Shown here: piece by piece, positions 35,491 through 48,509 of the stretch
Numbering within the stretch: the stretch's first letter is position 1
Layout: every line of letters begins with the position of its first letter
Origin: Chiloscyllium plagiosum
Taxonomy: Eukaryota
NCBI RefSeq assembly: GCF_004010195.1
Contig: NC_057721.1
Span: 49,727,266 to 49,776,412 of the forward strand
Reading direction: 5' to 3'
Length of the DNA: 49,147 bases
Notes under the pieces: model-generated
The model's database searches: none
The model's input: only the letters and a program-made list of their open reading frames with translations
Told to the model about the DNA's origin: nothing
Position numbers and translations under genes: made by a program

Positions 35491-38123
35491 AGACATGAGC
35501 AGAATGAAAATAGTTTAATTTGGGTGCAGTACCCCATTGGTCCTGGTGGCAGTGAAGTTAGGATAATCAAGATTGATGCCGAGAAATGATTGAAGGACCT
35601 GTTGCCTCGCTTTTCTAATACCTTTGAAGCCTTGTCAAAAACTAAAGTGGGATTCAAACCATAGATTTTGATCTATTTTGCCATAACTATTCCAGTGTCT
35701 TCAGCCTTGACCAGGATAAAAGAAAAACAATATTGAGATGCTGAGTAGTATGTTCAATTCTGACTGAGCAACAACAGTTTGAGAAAATTAGGATTATAAT
35801 TAGCAATAACTATAATCAGTGAAAATTGTGTGTGGTAGAACACAAAAAAATCAACAGTTTTGAGGAGATGGTAAACTGGCAGAAGGCTTGTTTCACTGAA
35901 CTGTAAAGGGGTCCAATGCTGGTGGATTACAAGCAAAGATTTGCTGATGAAATAGTAAAGGAACTTTGAGAGATCTTCAAAGAGCTGACCACTTGTGCAC
36001 AAGTTAGATACAGTCCTATGAGGAGTTAAGGCAAGACATTGAAAGCTAGAACTCCTTGGACAATTAAGAAATTAAAATGAAACAAGAAAATAATGCTTGT
36101 GATAAATATCTAATGCATAATAAAATAGCAAATCAAGAAGAATACAGCAAATATAGATTTGTAGGGAGAATGAAAGGAAAAGAAAGATAAGTTACAGAAC
36201 TTTCATGACCACAGGATACCCCAAAGTGTTTTACAACCAATGAAGTATTTTTGAAGTATAATCACCATTATAATGCAGGAACCGATTTATGCACTGCATG
36301 CTTCCACGAACAGCAATGTGGTAATGATCAAGTTTGCTGTTTTTCTGATGTGCCTTGAGGAATAAATATTAGCTAAGTCTAACTTCCTTGCTCCTCCTCA
36401 AACTGACATCTTCTGCTGTTGGGGCTGCTGCAGGATAAGGGCAAGTTTAATTCCATCTGTGCTTGTTGTGTAATTTGGACGGTTACCTGGTACTGGTTCA
36501 CATGTTGTACGTTGACTCAGCATCATGGCTACTATGTGACATCTTTATTCTCCTAATCCTTTCATGAGCTGCCTTCTCTCCCTGGAAAGACAGCAACAAC
36601 TCCCCACCTGGCTGCCATTTGTATTTCACATTTGGAGAAATTGTTTGCACTGGCAGGAAGGCTGGTAACCAAAGGTCACAAACTTAAGGCAATTGCCACA
36701 AGAACCAGAGGGAAGATTGTTAAGATTTTTTAATAGTTAAATTACTATGCAAGGGGGAGGAATTTGCAGGGGTACAGAGAAAGCACAGACAAATGGGCTA
36801 ATTGTACAGCAGTTCCAAAGGTACAATGAACCAAAAGACCCCTTTCTGGGCAGTATGATTTGGAGTATCAACATGAGCAGATGAAAGCTATGTCTAACAT
36901 CATCTATATGTTGAAGAAAACAACATCAGTTAAACATATTACTAGGCGCTTTACCGGACAGGTTTACATAAAGGATCACAAATTAGAAAGACTAGCAGTG
37001 ATCAGCCAGAGACATAACACTTGTGTTTTGTAAAGGATGTGGTCGATTGAGTCTGAAAAATAAATCCATTGTTCAGATTTCCGGAACAGCTTTAACAGCA
37101 TTTGTTCTCTGTTCATACAACCACTTGATATGTGTCTTTCTGCAATGTCAGTTACCCTATATTTACAGTGTATTTATTCAAAATGAATACATGTCACAAT
37201 TCTATATACAATAAATAGCTGACAGTTTTTCACACCTTATTTAATTGAGGGATTTCAATGATATAAACTGTAGGAGAGAAGCTCAATCCTATTCCAACAT
37301 TAACTGGGTTACAGTTTTGGAACTTCAGCCTTTGCTTTAATAAGGTGGTTCTGTTGAAGGTAAATGTGCTCAAACATTCATCTGGAAGAAGGCTGATGGG
37401 CAGGTTGGCTCAATTAAAGTAATAACAATGTTCTGAGAGAAGAGACGGGAGCTAGCAGTACAATGTTACCCTACAATGTTACATAAACATCAGTCAGCAA
37501 ATTCAGCACTTCCATATACATTTGAAGCTAATTTAAATCTGCTTCTTTCAAGTAGAAACATAGGAAATATTAATTGGGGTACATTTGATGAAAACCGACA
37601 GTAAATATCTGTCCAGGCATATAATGTTCTCAAGTTTGGTCAGACAGAAATAAGGTTAGAGTGTCTCTGAGCAACTTCCCTTAGAATATGTCCCAAAATA
37701 TTAATGCATCCAATATCTTATAGTCCTATCAAAATCTGCCTATCCTTCTCCTGATGCCTTTGTACATTCAGTTTGGTCCTTTCATATCTTTTCCCAGCTG
37801 ATGCTACAGTAGGTTTCTGAACTCCTGGTTTGAGGAAAACAAAATTGGGCAATATTCATCGTAATATTTGGTGATTCCAGCTGGAATTCAAATGTGTGGG
37901 CACACTTATTCTTCTCACACTGCACTTCTTGTGAGTTTTACTTGCTCTAAGTCAGTAATGCATCGGCAGTTGAATAGTCACCACTGAGGTTTACATGTGA
38001 ATAGTGATCATTTCATGACAGACAGGAGGATGACTGCTCAGAGTCGCCATCTGTTAAGAGAGGAGAAGAAAGATTAGTTGTAGAATAAGAAGATTTCAAG
38101 TGAACACCCTAATTACAATCGTC

Positions 38124-38310
38124 AGAAGTGGGTACTGTAGATGCTGGAGATTAAAGTCAAGATTAGAATGGTGCTGGAAAAGCACAGCAGGTCAGGCAGC
38201 ATCTGAGGAGCAGAAAAATTCCTGATGAAGAGCTTTTGCCTGAAATGTCGATTTTTCCTGCTCCTCGGATGCTGCCGGAACTGCTGTGCTTTTCCACCAC
38301 CACTCTAATT
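38124..38310. mobile_element. Older palindromic Penelope-derived insertion
   Basis: Same arm family, more diverged (ctgatgaagagcttttgcctgaaatgtc); no clear TSD. Confidence 0.75.
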
Positions 38311-38781
38311 GTAACGCTTGTCGACCACTGCTTCTTAATCAGGTTGCCAATAAAGCACATGACGGACAGTGTGGTCACAGGTTGGAAGGCTCGGAATTAA
38401 CGATCTAAAAATAAATTGAATTTGAATAATGCCGATACTGCAGCGGTCTTTATCATTTGGCTTTAGCTCACAATGAACCTCTGCTGTCAGTGGACACCCA
38501 CATGATATCATAGTTTTAATGTAGACTCCACCACACATTTCCTCCCTTTCTGAGGTTCAAATGACCCACTCACTCCTCTTCAGTGGTTCAGCCCCATGCT
38601 GTTCCATCTCTGCTGCACTTTTCTGATGACTCAAACTTTCAGTTGGTGTTCCACCTGTTTCTCTAATAGCTCCCATTTACATCCTTCACATTCCCACAAT
38701 ACCCAGGCAGCAAAGAGGAGTTAGAAATGGAGTTGGTTGACATGGATTCAGAAATAAACTATATTCCTGTAATCCCAACAT

Positions 38782-39075
38782 AGGCTGGCACGGTGGCTGA
38801 GTGGTTAGTACTGCCGCCTCACAGCGTCACCCACGGGATACTGCCTGTATGGAGTTTGCACATTCTCCCTGTGTCTGCATGGCTTCCTCCCACAGTGAAA
38901 GATTTGCAGGTTAGGTAACTTGGCCATGCTAAATTGCCCATAGTGACCAAGAATGCGTAGGTTAAATGGGTTAGCCATGAGAAATGCAGGGATGGGTTTG
39001 GGTGGATGTTTTTCAGAGGGTCAGTTTGGACACAATGGACCGAAAGGTGTGCTTCCCACTTTGGGGATTCTACTA
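38782..39075 (+). mobile_element. HE1-type SINE, diverged
   Basis: ggcacggtggctgagtggttagtactg head and shared core. Confidence 0.85.
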
Positions 39076-39754
39076 TATCAATTCATGCACAGTGATAACA
39101 ATACAACTCTGCAGCGATACTTCGGGATTTGAAAGAAAAGGCAGAAATGAATAACATCTCTGTGGGTCAAGGGTCCAAAGTGAGAAGACAGTACCTTCTC
39201 ACAGTACCTTCAATCCCCTGTCAACAAGGTCTAATCATTGACAGTGGCAGGATGATGGAAGAGCCTCAGGCTAGATTTTAAATTCAGAACAGAAACTATT
39301 CAGAACCATTGTATTTGAAACTTCAATATGTTTCACAAATACTTCAGTCTGGTGGTGTTACTGTGTTGTTAGTGAGACAGAGAGAGCACTCTGGTTTCTG
39401 TGTGCAAGCCTCTTCAGCTGACCGTACCCAGGTCTGTGAAAACACACAGCAACTTCAGTCCGAGACTGTTGCTGGGCAACACATTGCACAGATCTTCATT
39501 TTTTTTTCAAGTTTACCCAGCGATTATTAGCCACAAAATCCACATCTTATCTCTTTTGAAAGTTTTATGGACCCTTTTTGGAAAATGACTTCCTTTTCAA
39601 ATAAACAACAAATAATCAATTATTACCTTTTAACCTCTTGGCTTTCCCTCATTCACCCAAGTAATCTCATGATAAACCCTGTTCAACCCAGAAAAGACCA
39701 AATAGCTCCATACCCCACTCACTCATTGTCAATAAATATATATGTACAAATCTA

Positions 39755-40050
39755 GGGGAAGTGAAGCCTAGTAATATTATCATTGTTAATCCAGGGATGC
39801 AGGTAACATTCTGGGGACTCAGGTTCAAATCCTGGGTGGAATTTGAACTTGAATTTAATAAAACATCTGAAATTAAACGTCTAATGATGACCATAAATCC
39901 ATTGTCCTTTAGAGAAGGAAACTGTCATCCTTACTCTGTCTGGTCTACATGTGACTCCAGACCCACAGTAATGTGGTTGACTCTTAACTGCTTTCTGGGC
40001 AAATAGGGATGAGCGGTAAATGCTGCCCTAGCCCATAAATGAAGAAAACA
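39755..40050 (+). mobile_element. Second tRNA-type SINE family copy
   Basis: B-box-like ggttcaaatcc at ~39822; body shared with 18310-18565. Confidence 0.7.
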
Positions 40051-40069
40051 AAATATATTGCTGTGAGGA

Positions 40070-41230
40070 TATTGTGTGATCTGGAGGGGAACTTGGTGGT
40101 GATAGTGTTCAGAGGTATCTGCTGTTCCTCTCGGTTGTGAAATTATGCTGCCATCAGTGGTGGTTGTAATAAAAGGAGTCAGTGGTTAAGGAAGCAGGTA
40201 CAGTGTGAATCAAGCAGCCTGCTTTGTCTTGGATGATATTGAGCTTCCTGAGTGTAATTGGATCTGTACTCCTCCAATGACTGGACAGTAGTCCATCCCA
40301 CTCCTGACGGGTGTCTTGTAGACAGTAGATAGGAGTGGAGTTACTCGCTAAAGGATTCCCAGCCCATGACCTGCTCTTGCAGCCACTGTGCATATATAGC
40401 AGGTTTAGTTTCTGTTCATTGGATAGGTTAGGTTTCACTCCTCACTGAAATTGACAGGAGTGACATTTTGATTGGTGGGAAAAGCAGGAATCAGGAGATG
40501 CAAGCCACTGGGGATCTAAACAAAAAAAAAAATTCTCATTGTCTAGCTCACTGTCTGCCCTCTCAGATGGATGTAACATATCCCAAATTACTATTCATGG
40601 GGGAGCAGCAAGCTCTTCTCAAAATGTATTTTCTTTCTACATGTTTGAACTTGAAAATGTTGATCATTGAGAAGATCAGCAAACATCTTTATGAACAAGC
40701 CATGGGCAGAATTTCACATCCGCCCCATAGCAAACTTTGTGCCAATAGGCATTTAATTTGGTAGAAGAATGCAGGGTGGCACCTAACTGGGCAGGCCTTC
40801 CACAGGAGACAACCCAGGGCTTTTTTCAGCTCTTCACAGCTGGCTGCCAAGAACCTATCACCTCGAGGAAATATTGGCCCATTGCAACAGTAATGTGCAA
40901 CTTACACATAGGCACTTTAAATACAAAGTGTTTCACAAAGTTGCTTCAACAGCACCTTTCCAGCCTTTAGCCGTAACCATCTTGAAGGGCAAGGGCAGCA
41001 GATACATAAGAACAACACCACTTGCAAGTTCCCCTCTAAGCCACTCATGATCCTGATTAGGAAATTCCTTCAGAGTCACTGGAACATAATCCTGGAATTC
41101 ACTTCCAAACAGCCCTTGTGGGTGTACCTGCACCATGTGGAATGTAGTTCTCCTTAATTCTGAAGGACAAATGGTGATGGGCAGTAAATACTAGTCCTGT
41201 CAGCAGCCTTCACATCCCAGAAATGATAAA
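40070..41230. mobile_element. Fragments of a second CR1/L2-group LINE (minus ~40070-40430, plus 3' end ~40945-41230)
   Basis: Minus strand reads LRKLNIIQDKAGCLI; the + strand end gatgggcagtaaatac...cacatcccagaaatg resembles the tail of the second SINE family. Confidence 0.6.
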
Positions 41231-42432
41231 ATAATGATGCAATCATGAAAATGAACACCACACCAAAGACGGAAAAATGAAGCAAAGTGATGAAATGTGA
41301 CATGAGCGCAGAGTGCCTTAGGGATTGAGTTGAAAGAATTGGGGAGGTCATGAGATTTTGGGAGTGTATCTCAGAAGACAGGACCAAGGTGGCCTAAGGC
41401 ATGGCTGCCAATGTTGAGGTGAAGTGGGGAGGAAGCTGTGAGAATATTTGAGCACTTTCAGATTTTCAGCATTGGCAATTCTTTGTTTTTTGGAGGACAC
41501 ATGAGGCCTGGATCTGAAGAATAGAGAATCCAGAGGAAGTGACAGAGTTCGGGATGGGTAAGACCATGAATGGGTTTAAACAGGAAGATGAAACCTTTAA
41601 ATATGAGGCTTTGGGGAACTAGGGTCTAGTGTCCATGGAGGATAGAATTAATGGGCCAGTGATTCCTGCATAATAGAATACAGGGGCATGAATGTACTGT
41701 AAATTTATAGGTAATAGGTGACATGATCTGGAGGTGATTTTAGCATGAACGAAGATTTCAGAAGCAGCTGGACTATTGCAAAGGCAAATGCAGATGAATT
41801 ACAAAAATCCAAGTACATAAATACAGATTGTTCTGCTATCATGTGCATTTCATTAATGCAAAGTCACTATAAGGTGATTGATGAATTGGGGACTGTGTTT
41901 CTAAAGCGCGAACTTTCAAAACTATGGTGGCTGTAATGTGATTGTCTTGTCAACACTAATTGCTGTTTCTAAAGCATGATTTTTCTGTAATGCGGGCTTG
42001 CACAAACCGCGACTATCATGTTATAGAAGAACTACACTAATGTAAAAAAAAAGTAATAATGGATTAACTGGTCCATCAGGCCTGACCCACATCATGATGA
42101 AGAGCATTTTCAGGTGCAAACCCCTAACAAACACTCCTCCTTGCTTTTAACCTTAACTTAATCTATTTTGTATCTTATTACATACATTGTATCCCTCAAA
42201 GGTCACCAACACTATGACTGTGACTAACTGATAACATCTAATTAAATGAAGAATCATCACATTCACTAAATTAGCTTTAAAAATTCAAGTAAAATGCACT
42301 GTATTGTGATCAATTGCAAGCTTAAGAGAAAATACCTTGAGATATTTATTGAAGGATTCAGAAATAAGTGAATATTAGAAAAGACATTTGCAGCAATGGC
42401 TGAGTAGGCTTTTTTGTTTGCCATTTTGACAG

Positions 42433-42536
42433 ATGCTGACGTTATGAACCTGGATGACCCTAAGTTGTGTTATATTCTCGATGGAATTCTCTTTGTTTAT
42501 GGGATTATAGTCACTGGTCTCTACCTTAAGCTGAGG
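42433..42536 (+). CDS. CD247: T-cell receptor zeta chain (CD3 zeta) transmembrane exon
   Basis: ttttgacag|...|gtaagt; phase 1 to 0; [35 protein letters not shown] aligns without gaps to human [35 protein letters not shown], keeping the dimer Cys and the intramembrane Asp. Confidence 0.93.
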
Positions 42537-43747
42537 GTAAGTCATTTACTGTTATCTGCTATTGCTGAGCTTCAGAGGAACTAGAAATTAAAAATTAGTT
42601 ATAAATAAAGAGCAGTACATAGCATTAAATGTAATTTTTCTTAACATACAGATAATTAAGTAACTGAACCTGTACAATCAATCAATATTATTCCAGTGAT
42701 ACATTAACAGTTATAGTGGGTGCCACAGTGTAGACTTTGATGTATCAACATGCTGCAGCATTGAATGATACATTTCAGCATCCATGATTTCCCATTCCAG
42801 AAACTTCCTGATTTGGTTAAACAAAGGGGGACAGTCTTCAATTATTTTGCTAATGTTAAACGTGGTAATCTAAATTCAAATATTTTTACTGTGGCTGTTT
42901 GTTTGAAGTGGAACAGTAAACTCCCCCAACCCCAACTCCTCCAATTGTATAGATATTTTAAACAATGTGGATGTGGCTGTAAACACATGAAGCATTATTG
43001 TTTTCATTAGATACATTTTTCATTTTCTGCTTTACTGCAGCTTGACTTAGTGGAGCTGATTTCTTTTTCCCCTGTGGGATCTGTGGCAATTATCAGCATA
43101 GAAAACACATTTTTTCAGATATTTCAGTGCTTCATCTCTTTTCCAAGCATTAAATTAATAAAGCCGCAAAGAGGAAAATGACATTTTGTTTTTAAAAGAA
43201 AAAGTGAGATGGTTGTCCATTCAACTGTGGGAACATTTTGTTTCCTTCCTGATGCAGATCATAAAGTCTGACAAGCTTGCACAGCAGGAACGTGTGATCA
43301 GTCAACAACAGTTAGCATATTAATTTTACCAGACTTCTGACTGAATTCTGCTACAGAACAGAAGTAGCATCAGTTAAAGGAATATTCAGTCTTTCATTCC
43401 AGATACATTTTCTTCCTTGTACATCTTAATATGGTATTTATTTGCGATTTCTGCATTCACAAACAAATCATTGGAGATTTTGGTCATTTTATATTAAATT
43501 TTTTCCACTGCACACAGCCTTGTGGGTGCAGGATATTTTGTGAATGGCCACTCCCTTTTCTTCTGCAACCTTTCAGGGCACTCCACTGGTCACATATGAA
43601 CTGGTTTCTCATTACATAGCAAACAAATTAGTTAGAAGCGTGAGAATGCTGCTGGTTATTTTAATGAGCAATATTAGGGAAAAAAAGCAGGATTAATAAA
43701 TTAAATTTATTTTGTGTAATATGTTCTTTACCATTTTGTTTTCAAAG

Positions 43748-43816
43748 CTGACCAAGGCAAAAGGTAAACATGAGGATATTCCTGCAAACCAACCAAATGT
43801 AGAAGACCAATATCAA
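43748..43816 (+). CDS. CD247: CD3 zeta next exon (juxtamembrane region to first ITAM tyrosine)
   Basis: ccattttgttttcaaag|...|gtaagt; phase 0 to 0; LTKAKGKHEDIPANQPNVEDQYQ ends in Y-x like the human exon ending QLYN. Confidence 0.8.
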
Positions 43817-44479
43817 GTAAGTAACTGTTTACATTTTCTTGAAATTGGTTACTCTTTGTATATCGCAGTTGACAATAACATCCTGATTTGGGTCAGGTTA
43901 ATAAAGTAGGTAACACAGCAACAATTATTGCAAGTGTAGTTTGCCACCGCTACTGAAGGTCATAAGGCCTAAGTATACTGAAATTTGCACTTTGCACTGA
44001 GGCGGGTGAGTTAACCTGTCAGTTACAAACCACTACTGTAAATTGTACTCACTACTTGAGATATAGCTGTAGGTGAAAGCAGGAAAATACATATTCACAC
44101 ACATGATTTGTAATAGTTATTGCTGAAAATTAATTGGAAGAAAAGTAACACAAATGTTGACAAATGCATATCCATATTCTTTGAACAAGCTTGAAATGGT
44201 TTGGGATTTGTTATTATTTTCTGTTTCCCAATAAAGATTACTTCACCAATTCCCAACCATTGTTGTACAAACCTTTATTGTTTCAAAATGACTGAAGTGT
44301 TTTGTCAATGAATGAAGTAATAACAAAGCAAAACTGCCTTTTTCCTCTTGTGAGTTGTGTAATTGTTCACCACTATTCACAACTAGATGTTCAATACTGT
44401 AGAACATGCATCTAATATGATGGTTATGGGATCATTTGGGTCTATCTTTCATTTGCTGCTCCCGTGGTTTGGCATGCAA

Positions 44480-45690
44480 GTCATTCTATGTTGTAGCTTC
44501 ATCAGGTTGACAGCTCCTTTGTCGGTATTCCCTTGGCATGCTCTCCTGGTTTGATCCTTTGGCTTGTTGGTAATGCTACAGTCTGTGACTGAATACAAGC
44601 TGCTGCTGTTGGTGACCCAAAATGCTTCATGGTTGCCTGCAACACCACTTTCAAGTTGACCCCATTTAGCATAAGACGATAGAAGGTATCCTCAATATGA
44701 AGACAGGACTGCATTTCCACAAGGAGCAATGGTTACTCTTCCTAATATTGTCATGAACTGATATGTATGCAACAGGTGAGGTCGCGATCAAGTATTTTTC
44801 CTCTTATTGGTTCCCTCGCTATCTACCACAAACCCAGTCTAGCAGTTATGTCCTTTAGGAGTGGGTCAGCTTGTTCAGTATTGGTGCTACTAAGTTACTC
44901 TTGGTAATGGACACTGAAGCCACCTACCCAGAGTCTATTCTATGCCCTTGCCATCCTCAATGTTTCTTCCAAGTGTCGTTCAACACAGAGCTATACCAAT
45001 TCATCAGCTGGGGAGTGAGGAGGTTGTAGGTGGTGATCAGCAGGAGGTTCCCTTTCCAATGTTTGACTTGATATCATACGATGTTATGAGATTTGAAATC
45101 AATGTTGAGGACATCCAGGACATCTCCCCTGTCACAGGATAAATCTGTCCTGCTGTTTGGACAACACATACCCAGGGATGGTAATGGTGTTGCCTAAGGA
45201 ATAGTTCGATAAGGTATAATTTCCTGATTATGACTGTCAGGCTGTTGCTTGATTAATCTGTGGGACAGCTCTTCCAATATTGACACAAGTCCCTAAATGT
45301 TAGTAAGGAACACTTTGCCAATGTTATTTCCAGTATCTATATTGACACTGGATTGTCCTTCAGTTTAATTAATTTTAGACTTCATAGAGGTTTATTACAA
45401 TGGAATGTCTCATCAGGCCAATTCAGGATGAATTACTTGTCCAGAGATGTGACCACCATGGTACATCTTCCCCATGCAACAATATTGGAAAACCCCTAGG
45501 CAGATCAGAGATGATCAAATGTCATGTGTTTGGAAGGAATTAAGTGCAATCAAGCACAACAACAATCTGCTCACTGACATTCAGCTTGGATTCTGCCAGG
45601 ACCATGCAGTTTGTAATATATCGCAAAGAGGGACAAAGGAGTTGAACTCCAGAAGGAATGCTAGGGCGACTGCCACAGACAGCAATTAAC
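44480..45690. mobile_element. Decayed CR1/L2-group LINE ORF2 fragments (mainly minus to ~45360, plus ~45470-45690)
   Basis: Minus strand shows PIRGKILD and SNHCSL endonuclease-like remnants; plus strand NNLLTDIQLGFCQDH resembles the RT Q.GFR motif. Confidence 0.6.
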
Positions 45691-47074
45691 TGTTGATTGA
45701 CAAACAGCTAAATCTATCCTTCTCAATTCACTATAACAGTACTCTTCATAGCTTTAAAACATTCTGTTGAATCTCCACTTCTCCAATATGTGTTCTGATA
45801 TAGGCGAGCATCTTCCACACTTACGACGTACCTGTTTCCCACTGGAGCTGTTCTGAGTCATACAAGCATTTTGGTATTAATCAGTGTTAACTGAAGTAAT
45901 TCTGTGATTTGGACTTGTATCCATTAAGTGACTTGTGGCTGACCAAACTGATTTCACTTCCTTTTGGTTAGCTGGATGGCTGATATAGGTTTCTGTATTA
46001 ACACTTAATAGTGTCCAAGCCAATTTGTTGACAAGTTCATTCAGTTCTAACCTGTCATGGTGATCTGAATCACATTGGAGACAATCCAACCCTAAAGAGT
46101 CTCTGACCCGACTGTTAATGTGGAAAGTAGTTACATAGTGGACAAGACGCTGCTAGATAAGCAGGTTCTACTCTTAAGTGACATCTTGAACAGTATCTTG
46201 AACAGTATCTTGACTGTACATATGGTGTGTGTCCATTCATCAGTACATTGGCACAGAGCATTCCCCATTGAATGCTGGTTCTGACAGGTAAATATCAGGA
46301 GCTGAGATAGTAACTGAAATCTCTGTACAACCAATGACTGTTGGCACCTCAGTATTTGAGCAAACATCTTCATTTTAAGCCCTGGGTAAAACCAGCCAGG
46401 AAGATTGTCTCAATCATCTGTGTTCCTGACATGTATTGCATTTGGTAAATGAACACCAATAGATCAATTCTTTTGTAGCAGTTATACACTCGGGTCTCTG
46501 TTCAGAATAGAGACTATGAAATAAATGTTTCTTTTACCTTTCTTTATCATACAATATAACAGGATAGTTGGTGATCAGGAGATAAAATACTAAGATAAAG
46601 CATTTTTTCATATTAGGCAATAATCAACAATTTGTATGCATACAGCACCTTTAAATAAGTAAAACATCCTGATGGTTCACAGGTGTGGAAATCCTATCAT
46701 GGGCATTACATATTCAAAGTTTTAATGTTCATGTCAGAGTGTTCTGCCTGAATAAAATTTACTTAGAGATAGTTTAAGTCTTTAAGGATTCTTCTATCGC
46801 TGGGAGACAATGGGAATTTAACCTCAAAACCTTGGGGATGTCAGGGGAGATCGCCTGTTGTATTCCTGCTGAGGAAGCTGGCTCTGGAAAGATATGGTTT
46901 CACTGTGATTGGTACACAGGAGCTTGTCCCTTGCTGGTTGAGTCAGGACGATTTTTACCATTCCCTGTCTGCCCACCTGGCACCTGTGTTGGAGCTTCAG
47001 AAACTACTTGTTGCTGTGGTGGCAAACTGCTGGGTACAGCTGGTGTTGTCATTCACATCAATTGTCAGCTCGGC

Positions 47075-47785
47075 CTTGGAGTGCAGGTTCATAGCTCCTT
47101 GAAAGTGCAGTCGCAGATAGATAGGATAGTGAAGAAGGTGTTTGGTATGCTTTTTTTTATTGGTCAGAGCTTTGAGTATAGGAGATGGGAGGTCATGTTG
47201 TGGCTGTACAGGACATTGGTTAGGCCATTTTTGGAATATTGCATGCAATTCTGGTCTCCTTCCTATCAGAAGGATGTTGTGAAACTTGAAAGGGTTCAGA
47301 AAAGATCTACAAGGATGTTGCCAGGGTTGGAGGATTTGAGCGATAGGTAGAGGCTGAATAGACTGGGGCTGTTTTCCCTGGAGCGTTGGAGGCTGAGGGG
47401 TGACCTTATAGAGGTTTATAAAATCATGAGAGACATGGATAGGGTAAATAGACAAGATCTTTTCCCTAGGGTGGGGGAGTCCAGAACTAGAGGGCATAGG
47501 TCTAGGGTGAGAAGGGAAAGATGTAAAAGAGACCTAAGGGGCAACCTTTTCATGCAGAGGGTGGTACGTGTATGGAATGAGCTGCCAGAGGAAGTGGTGG
47601 AGGCTGGTACAATTCCAACATTTAAAAGGCATCTGGATAGGTATATGAATAGGAAGGGGTTAGAGGGATTGGGGCCAAGTGCTGGAAAATGGGACTAGAT
47701 TAGGTTGGGATATCTGGTCAGCATGGACGAGTTGGACTAAAGGGTCTGTTTCCGTGCTGTACATCTCCATAACTCTATGACTCAA
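47075..47785 (+). mobile_element. Well-preserved 5'-truncated CR1/HER1 LINE
   Basis: LGVQVHSSLKV...LYRTLVRPFLEYCMQFWSP...LERVQKR, TRGH, RVVRVWNELPEEVVEA..FKRHLDRYM; tail actctatgactc. Confidence 0.95.
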
Positions 47786-47814
47786 TTGTGCTGAGGACCT
47801 CTATGTCTCTGTTA

Positions 47815-48490
47815 ACCTCAACGGTGTTGAGGTGCAGATGGTCAAGAGTATCAAGTCTGTGGGAGTGATAATCACTGACATCCATCCTGGTCCACAAAGG
47901 TTGACATGATGGTCAAGAAAGCACACTAACATCTCTGTAGCCTTAGGAGGCTAAGGAAATTCAGCATATCTGGAAAGATTCTTCTCAATGTTTATAAATG
48001 CAACATAGAAAGTATCCTACTCAGATGCATCACAGTGTGGTATGGCAGATAATCTACCCAAGACTGCAAGAAACCACAAGAGTTGTGAACACATCCCAGA
48101 CCACCACGCAAACCAACCTTCCATCCACTGACTCCATCTGGAGTTCCCGATGACTCAGGAAAGAAACCAACATAATCAAAGACCCCTCCCACCTTGGTTA
48201 TACTACCTTCCTCTCTCTTCTGTTTGGCAAACGATATAAAAGTTTGAATACACCTATGAACAGATTCAAGAACAGCTTCTTCCCCGCTGTTATCAGACTA
48301 TTGAATGGACCTCTCAAATATTAATTCTGAACTCACACTCTCTCTCTGTGTACCTTCATTGTGGCTGTAACACTGTAGCCTGCATTCTGTTTAGCTACAC
48401 TGATGCACTTTGCATGGTACGACCTGCCTGAATAGTACGCAAAACAACACATTTCACTCTATCTCGGTACATGTGACAACAATAAATCAA
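47815..48490 (+). mobile_element. Rex1/Babar-like LINE 3' fragment
   Basis: VKSIK..GVIITD, VKKA, LRRLRKF, YKC.IESIL..CITVWYG, RFKNSFFP motifs; ends near aataaa at 48481. Confidence 0.8.
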
Positions 48491-48509
48491 ACATTTTTAA
48501 GTCTAAGCT

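Noticed and set aside
45730-47070. Gypsy integrase or pol-tail remnant on the minus strand
   Set aside because: Only faint resemblance (SHPANQKEV, a Pro/Gln-rich stretch), order inconsistent and no LTR pair seen.
46832-47350. 172-aa ORF, the longest in the track
   Set aside because: Chimeric read-through from unrelated sequence into a truncated CR1 ORF2; the antisense 166-aa ORF is its shadow.
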